Below the pieces are notes generated by a model. That model saw only the letters and a list, made by a program, of their open reading frames with translations. It searched no databases and had not been told where the DNA came from. Shown piece after piece: positions 58,598 to 64,000 of a stretch of 64,000 nt of DNA; within the stretch, counting starts at the first letter, position 1, and every line of letters starts with the position of its first letter. The position numbers were made by a program, and so were the translations under genes. The stretch lies in contig JBKCUU010000047.1 in NCBI GenBank assembly GCA_046318155.1, forward strand, positions 1 to 64,000, in the 5' to 3' direction. Origin of the DNA: Bdellovibrio sp. (GTDB lineage: Bacteria; Bdellovibrionota; Bdellovibrionia; Bdellovibrionales; Bdellovibrionaceae).

Positions 58598-60616
58598 GTG
58601 AAAAATATCATTTTTGGATTCTTACTGCTGTGTCCCTCCTTGGTTTTTGCACGAACCCTCAGCTCGTCCATGCAGGCTTTTATCGAGGCCAAAAATCTTG
58701 AGAAAATTCAGCCGGATAAATCTTGCGTCCTTTATCAAGAGCTCGCAAAAAACGAAAAGTTTGTTTTACAAGACTTGGCGATGCTCAAACAAACCTTGTC
58801 CTGCACGAGTCCTCTCACCGAGCCTGTTTTGGATTTTTCAGATAAACCTTGGCTGAGCAATCTGATCTTAGCGACCGAAGAGAAAAGAGCTCGCCTGACT
58901 TCGGATGCCCTTGGCTTTGTCGAAGTTCGGGGCCGTCTAGCACGCCTGCAAAAGGGCCAAAAACTGGGGCTCGCGGTTTTGAGCGACACCGAAAAAGACA
59001 TTCAAAAATTTTCGACGCCTGAAAAAGATCTTAAAAAAGCGCGTGAACGCTTACTGGTCATCAAGCAAGAGATGGCCCCGCGTTTCAAAATAGCGCCCGC
59101 GCCCGAGGATTTTACACGAGTCGCACAAGATTACCTGGGGGCGCGTGAGTTTGCCAAAGCTCGCCTTTGGGCGCAAAAAGTGATCGACCGCAAAAAATCA
59201 ACTCTGGACGAACTCTTGGTGGCACGCAAAATTCGTCGATCCAGCCACAAGCTTGAGCAAAAAACCCCTGCTTTTTTAAAAGCTCTTCAAGGCGATTGGC
59301 AATGGGCTGAAAAGCAATCTCGCCCCCGTCTGGCCATCGAGCTGGGCTTGCTCTACGTCAGGGCACTTTGGACTGCAGACAATCTCGGAACCGCAAAGAG
59401 TATTCTGACCCAGCTTGAAAAAAAGCATCAAGCTTCGGGTCGCCTGAATGAAATTTATTTTGTTCGCGGTAAAATGTTCGAAGAAGGCAAGCAGTGGGCC
59501 CAAGCCGTCGCCGAATATCAAAAGGCAACGCTGGATTTAAAGATCACCTTGGATAAAAAAATTCAATTCGCCAAAGCGTGGAGCGCATGGAAGGCCAAGG
59601 ACGATGCCAAAGTGATCGAATCGCTCGAGCCTTTGATCGCCCTCGGCCAAGACGATCCGTTCGAAAGCGCCCGCGGCCTTTACTGGAAGTCGCGTGCGCT
59701 CAAGCGACAAAATCAAGATCAAGCCGCGAACGCGGCTCTTCAGCAATTGCAGCTTCTAGACCCGGTTGGATTTTATGGGACGATTTCTTACCATGCCCTC
59801 AATCAGAACTTTCCTCCCCTTACCGTTCCAAAAACACCGAGCGAGTTCCAAAAATCACCACTCTTTAATGCCGATTACCTCCAGGCTCTTTACGACGTCG
59901 GCGAGCTCGAAATTTTACAAGCGGTCGTTGCCGACGCTGTCAAAAAAGTAAAGCCCGAAGCGCCGCCAGAACAGTGGCTCCCCGTGTTTTTAGCGGCGGC
60001 CAAGGCCAATTCGTATCTGCCGTTGTTTTCGCAAATCTCGCTCCTGACGCCCGAGAATCGCAATCAGCTGCTGACCCGAGATCCTGAACTTTTATTTCCG
60101 CTGGATCACAAAGACGTGATCCATGCTGCTTCACAAAAATTTAAAGTGTCGCCCGAATTGATTTTTTCGATCATTCGGCAAGAGTCGGCTTTTGACACTT
60201 TTGCCCGAAGTCCCGCCGATGCTTTGGGGCTGATGCAGCTGTTACCCTCGATCGCCAGTCATTATGAAAAGCAGGTCGGATTTTCGCTCGACCATTTTGA
60301 AGATCTGTATAAGCCCGAAATGAACGTTCCCTTTGGCGCCGCCTTGCTCAGGGATTTACTGAATCGATACGACGGAAAAATCTATCTGGCCGCAGCGGCC
60401 TACAACGCGAGCGAAAAGGCCCTGCGCACGTGGCTCAAGATGAGATGGACCGGCGACGTCGTTGAATTCATCGAAGAGATCCCTTACGAAGAAACTCGAA
60501 CATACGTGAAGCTCATCACGCGCAACTATGCCTTTTACACGCGCCTTCTCAAGAGCGGGAAAGCCACGCCGTTTCCGGCGGCCTGTCTGGAAGTTTGGCA
60601 GTCACCGTCACCGTGA
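58598..60616 (+). CDS. Soluble lytic murein transglycosylase (Slt-like) with TPR repeats
   Basis: IIRQESAF, ALGLMQL, AAYNA, IPYEETRTYV. Confidence 0.92.
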   Translation: MKNIIFGFLLLCPSLVFARTLSSSMQAFIEAKNLEKIQPDKSCVLYQELAKNEKFVLQDLAMLKQTLSCTSPLTEPVLDFSDKPWLSNLILATEEKRARLTSDALGFVEVRGRLARLQKGQKLGLAVLSDTEKDIQKFSTPEKDLKKARERLLVIKQEMAPRFKIAPAPEDFTRVAQDYLGAREFAKARLWAQKVIDRKKSTLDELLVARKIRRSSHKLEQKTPAFLKALQGDWQWAEKQSRPRLAIELGLLYVRALWTADNLGTAKSILTQLEKKHQASGRLNEIYFVRGKMFEEGKQWAQAVAEYQKATLDLKITLDKKIQFAKAWSAWKAKDDAKVIESLEPLIALGQDDPFESARGLYWKSRALKRQNQDQAANAALQQLQLLDPVGFYGTISYHALNQNFPPLTVPKTPSEFQKSPLFNADYLQALYDVGELEILQAVVADAVKKVKPEAPPEQWLPVFLAAAKANSYLPLFSQISLLTPENRNQLLTRDPELLFPLDHKDVIHAASQKFKVSPELIFSIIRQESAFDTFARSPADALGLMQLLPSIASHYEKQVGFSLDHFEDLYKPEMNVPFGAALLRDLLNRYDGKIYLAAAAYNASEKALRTWLKMRWTGDVVEFIEEIPYEETRTYVKLITRNYAFYTRLLKSGKATPFPAACLEVWQSPSP

Positions 60617-60737
60617 ACACTTGGGCCCCCTTGTCTCATCTTGATCCCTAAATCATTTCAATGGTTTAGGATCAAAATTGCCATCAAAAGAGTGGCCCTT
60701 CTCTTGCTCTTCTTCCACGTATCAAGGGGAGGCAGAG

Positions 60738-62081
60738 ATGTTTATGACTTCAAAGAAGCGCATCGTTCTCATTATGGGATTCACAGTTTCGGTTGTTGGT
60801 GCGGGCGCGTATTGGGCCTCTCACTTAGACCGCGCGGGTGAGGTTGAGCTCGCTTCTAAAATGGCGAAGAAGAAGTCACAGCGCCCTCTGGATCTCAGCA
60901 AGGCCTCGAACACGACTTCGCAAACAAAAGAAGAGGCGAAGGTTCTTTTGAATGACCCTGCCATTTCACAAGCCTGGGGAATAAAAAAATCCGATGCTCA
61001 GCGCGCCTGGGAAGTATCGCAGGGTTCGCGCGAAATTATTGTGGCCGTGATCGACACGGGTGCAGACATTGATCACGAAGACTTAAAAGCCAACATCTGG
61101 TTCAACGCGGGTGAAACCGGCAAAGACTCGAAAGGCCGCGACAAGGCGACCAACGGGATCGACGACGATGGCAACGGTTTTGTTGACGACATCAATGGCT
61201 GGAACTTTGTTTCTGGCAACGCAAGCCTTGTCGACAATCATGGTCATGGCAGCCACATTGGCGGCATCATTGGTGCTGAAGCGGGCAACAACAAAGGCAT
61301 CGCCGGCATCTCTCCTAAAGTTAGCCTCATGATCTTGAAGTACTTTGATCCCAAGGTTCCAAGCACGGACAACTTGAAAAACACCGTCAACGCGATCAAG
61401 TATGCCGTCAAGAACGGAGCTAAGATCATCAATTACTCGGGCGGCGGGACCGAATTCTCTCAAGAGGAAAAAGACGCGATCGAAGAAGCACGCAAAGCCG
61501 GTATCTTGTTTGTCGCGGCGGCGGGCAACGAGCGTTCAAACTCGGATCACCACAAGTACTACCCTGCTGATTATGGTCTTAGCAACATTATCTCGGTGAC
61601 GGCAATTGATCCATCGACTGAAGTTTTGGCTTCGTCAAACTACGGTGTTGAAACCGTTGATATCGCAGCCCCTGGACAGAATATCTTAAGTACGCTTCCG
61701 AACAGCGCCTACGGTTACATGACCGGAACTTCGCAAGCAACTGCGTTTGTGACCGGCGCTGCAGTTTTGGTAATGGCTCATCACAAGGGCTTCTCGGCCG
61801 AAGAAACCAAGAAGTACATTTTAGCGACGGGCGACAGTCAGCAAAGTTTGCTTGCTAAAACACGCACCTCTCGTCAGCTGAATCTTTACAAGGCCCTAAC
61901 CATGATCGATTCACAAATCACCGCGAACGGATCTCGCGATATGGGCGGAGCTGGCCCCGTAACGTCAAGTGGTGGAATCAACATAGATGATTCTCAAGCA
62001 CTGGATGCTGACAACCGACGCATCACGAGCTTTGGCCGTACGATCATGGATTCTTTAAAAGCCGATGAACAGCGAAACTAA
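60738..62081 (+). CDS. S8 family (subtilisin-like) serine peptidase
   Basis: VAVIDTG, HGHGSHIGG, AAGN, GTSQAT catalytic motifs. Confidence 0.95.
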   Translation: MFMTSKKRIVLIMGFTVSVVGAGAYWASHLDRAGEVELASKMAKKKSQRPLDLSKASNTTSQTKEEAKVLLNDPAISQAWGIKKSDAQRAWEVSQGSREIIVAVIDTGADIDHEDLKANIWFNAGETGKDSKGRDKATNGIDDDGNGFVDDINGWNFVSGNASLVDNHGHGSHIGGIIGAEAGNNKGIAGISPKVSLMILKYFDPKVPSTDNLKNTVNAIKYAVKNGAKIINYSGGGTEFSQEEKDAIEEARKAGILFVAAAGNERSNSDHHKYYPADYGLSNIISVTAIDPSTEVLASSNYGVETVDIAAPGQNILSTLPNSAYGYMTGTSQATAFVTGAAVLVMAHHKGFSAEETKKYILATGDSQQSLLAKTRTSRQLNLYKALTMIDSQITANGSRDMGGAGPVTSSGGINIDDSQALDADNRRITSFGRTIMDSLKADEQRN

Positions 62082-62139
62082 CGCTCCTGATTTCTTCTCG
62101 CTTGTTTGACTTCTGATGAACCCGCTGATGACATGAGGA

Positions 62140-63165
62140 GTGGCCAAAATATTCCTCATTCAGGGCAGCATCCTCTTGTCGATTCTTTGTTTTCCTGCTT
62201 TTGCTGAGCCTTTGACGGGCGAAGCTTTTTCGTTCTATCTCGAAAATGACACGCGCAAAATTGGCGGACCCGGAACAGATGAGTCGTACTCGAACGGCTT
62301 TCGCTTTGCTTACGTATTTGCGCAAGACCGAGTTCCCAACTGGGCGCCGATCATTAAGCGCGCGAACAAATCGCTTCGCGAAAAGCTTGAGAAAGCGCCC
62401 TCCAACTTTGGCTTTTCATTTGGCCAGCAAGTGTTTACTCCGGACGACACCCGGGCCCCGGGACTGATCAAAAAGGACCGCCCTTACGCGGGCTATTTAT
62501 CAGTGGGGTTTAATGCGACCGTGCAGATCGATGATGTGTGCGAATTGTTCTCGCTTGAGCTGGGGACAATCGGCCCCGACGCGCGCGGCGAAGAGGTACA
62601 AAATGGCTTTCACCGAATGATCGGCATCGCAGACGCCGAGGGCTGGGACAACCAACTTGAGAATGAGCCCACGATCCAGCTGGCTTACCAACGTCGATTT
62701 CGAACCGCTCAACTTTTTGTAAGGTCATCAAAAAATTTCGACGTGATTCCATTTGTCGGTGTGGCCCTCGGAAACGTGGTGGTCTCGGCCCATACCGGGC
62801 TCATCGCAAGAGTGGGCGTCAACATCCCCGATGATTTTGGCCCTTCAAGACCATCCGCCACCGACGGCGACATTTTTACCGTTCCAAAAGAAGAGTCCAA
62901 ACTCAAAGGCTGGGGCTTTTATGCGTTTGGTGGCTTGCGCGGAAACGCCGTTGCTCGCAACATCTTCTTAGATGGCAACACCTTCGTCGAAAGCCATCGT
63001 GTCGAGCGCAACCCCTGGGTCGCCGAAAACGAACTCGGCTGGGGCGCTCATTTGGGCCGCATGTCCCTCATCTGGCGCTACGTCACCCGAACCCCTGAGT
63101 TCACCGAAAACACCCGCACCGACTCCTTCGCCTCGGTCAGCCTCCACTACTACCACGGCCTCTAA
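62140..63165 (+). CDS. lpxR: Lipid A 3-O-deacylase LpxR family
   Basis: ENDT, YSNG, GQQVFTP, DRPYAG, QNGFH, GWDNQL, NIFLDGN. Confidence 0.88.
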   Translation: MAKIFLIQGSILLSILCFPAFAEPLTGEAFSFYLENDTRKIGGPGTDESYSNGFRFAYVFAQDRVPNWAPIIKRANKSLREKLEKAPSNFGFSFGQQVFTPDDTRAPGLIKKDRPYAGYLSVGFNATVQIDDVCELFSLELGTIGPDARGEEVQNGFHRMIGIADAEGWDNQLENEPTIQLAYQRRFRTAQLFVRSSKNFDVIPFVGVALGNVVVSAHTGLIARVGVNIPDDFGPSRPSATDGDIFTVPKEESKLKGWGFYAFGGLRGNAVARNIFLDGNTFVESHRVERNPWVAENELGWGAHLGRMSLIWRYVTRTPEFTENTRTDSFASVSLHYYHGL

Positions 63166-63222
63166 ATAAATAGGACGCCGAGAGGCATGCGGAGTCTGCA
63201 CAAGCAGATTTACCAATAGACG

Positions 63223-63999
63223 TTATTTCCAGAAGTCTTGCCAGTGGATGCGGCCCTTCAGAAAAAGCGCCATCCCCAGCGACATAAAAACAATCGATGT
63301 GCCGATCCCAATCAGATTGCGGAGGCTCCCGTGAGAAGCTCCGATCATGACTAAAACCGCGGCCAAAAACAAAGGCGAGAGGCGAATCACTCGGCCCCAA
63401 TTCACCTTGTCGGTCCACTTTTGCACCTTGGCCATGTGCTGGCCCATGAGTTCTGCGGGTTTCGCAAAAGACTTAAACAACGTGTGACGAAACATTTTTT
63501 GCGCAATTTCATCATGCGGCTGCGCTTCTTTGAGATCTTGATACTTTTTGAGTGCAAAAGGCACGGCCTGCAAATCGTCGCAGCGGTCGACAAAAGCCAA
63601 GTGCTTCGTAAAGTTCGAATAATCACTCATCAGCTCTTGCCAAGCGCGCATCAAACTGGGAAGCGCGCCCATTTTTGCGTCCAACGGAAGATTTTCGATC
63701 TTGGCAAAGATCACCCCGCACTTGTGGCACTCCTCACTTAAGCGAGGACTAAAGCCCTCACACTTGGGACACTTGCGAAGACCTTCAGCCTTTTCGGCAC
63801 CACCCGCATGCGGACTCTCGACACGCTGAACACCCGCCTTGAGCGATGAGGTCAGGCGGCCCAAACTGCGAGTCACAAACTTGCGCGGGTGCTTGGCATC
63901 CGCTTCGATCGTAAACATTGTTTGACAAGACGAACAGTCAAAGTGGGGAGTTTGAGACTTTAAATCTCGCGTGTCGATTTTATAAAGTTTGTTGCAGCC
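63223..63999 (-). CDS. Zinc-ribbon (MJ0042-finger-like) membrane protein, 5'-truncated by the window end
   Basis: Frame stays open to the edge: GCNKLYKID...FDCSSCQTMF; second CPKC/CHKC ribbon; two C-terminal TM helices. Confidence 0.75.
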   Translation of the reverse strand, partial: GCNKLYKIDTRDLKSQTPHFDCSSCQTMFTIEADAKHPRKFVTRSLGRLTSSLKAGVQRVESPHAGGAEKAEGLRKCPKCEGFSPRLSEECHKCGVIFAKIENLPLDAKMGALPSLMRAWQELMSDYSNFTKHLAFVDRCDDLQAVPFALKKYQDLKEAQPHDEIAQKMFRHTLFKSFAKPAELMGQHMAKVQKWTDKVNWGRVIRLSPLFLAAVLVMIGASHGSLRNLIGIGTSIVFMSLGMALFLKGRIHWQDFWK

Positions 64000-64000
64000 G

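Noticed and set aside
1..64000. CRISPR, prophage, IS or anti-phage defence systems
   Set aside because: No repeat-spacer array, cas, integrase, transposase or phage structural genes recognised

Overview
Gene-dense chromosomal segment, most likely from a Bdellovibrionota (predatory bacterium). This is inferred from a short 277-aa flagellin, a stand-alone Lys-rich SWIB protein, a pilA-pilG-like pair beside dnaJ/dnaK/clpSA, and several secreted hydrolases. It carries tRNA-Asp and many housekeeping genes (ttcA, orn, mtnN, ahcY, map, ettA, fumC, two Dus paralogs, purKE, acs, dnaK/J, clpS/A, htpX). No CRISPR array, integrase or transposase is visible. Main candidates for novel biology: (1) a translationally coupled aromatic-catabolism cluster (SDR, luciferase-like monooxygenase, 2-aminophenol 1,6-dioxygenase alpha/beta, aminomuconate semialdehyde dehydrogenase, RidA). 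It includes a class-3 asparaginase homolog whose three Zn ligands are all substituted, suggesting an undescribed route to 2-aminophenol, possibly from kynurenine. (2) A probable ribosome-hibernation operon with two tandem baeRF/Balon-like paralogs, a membrane protein and HPF/RaiA, linked to TerC and an NhaR-like LysR and separated from them by a small islet bounded by a duplicated LysR 3' end. Also seen: an orphan ParA plus partner, a helicase whose Tudor-like domain may be encoded in trans, a shared sigma32-like promoter motif at four heat-shock genes, and several long intergenic palindromes. All family calls are from motif recognition by eye; no database searches were run.
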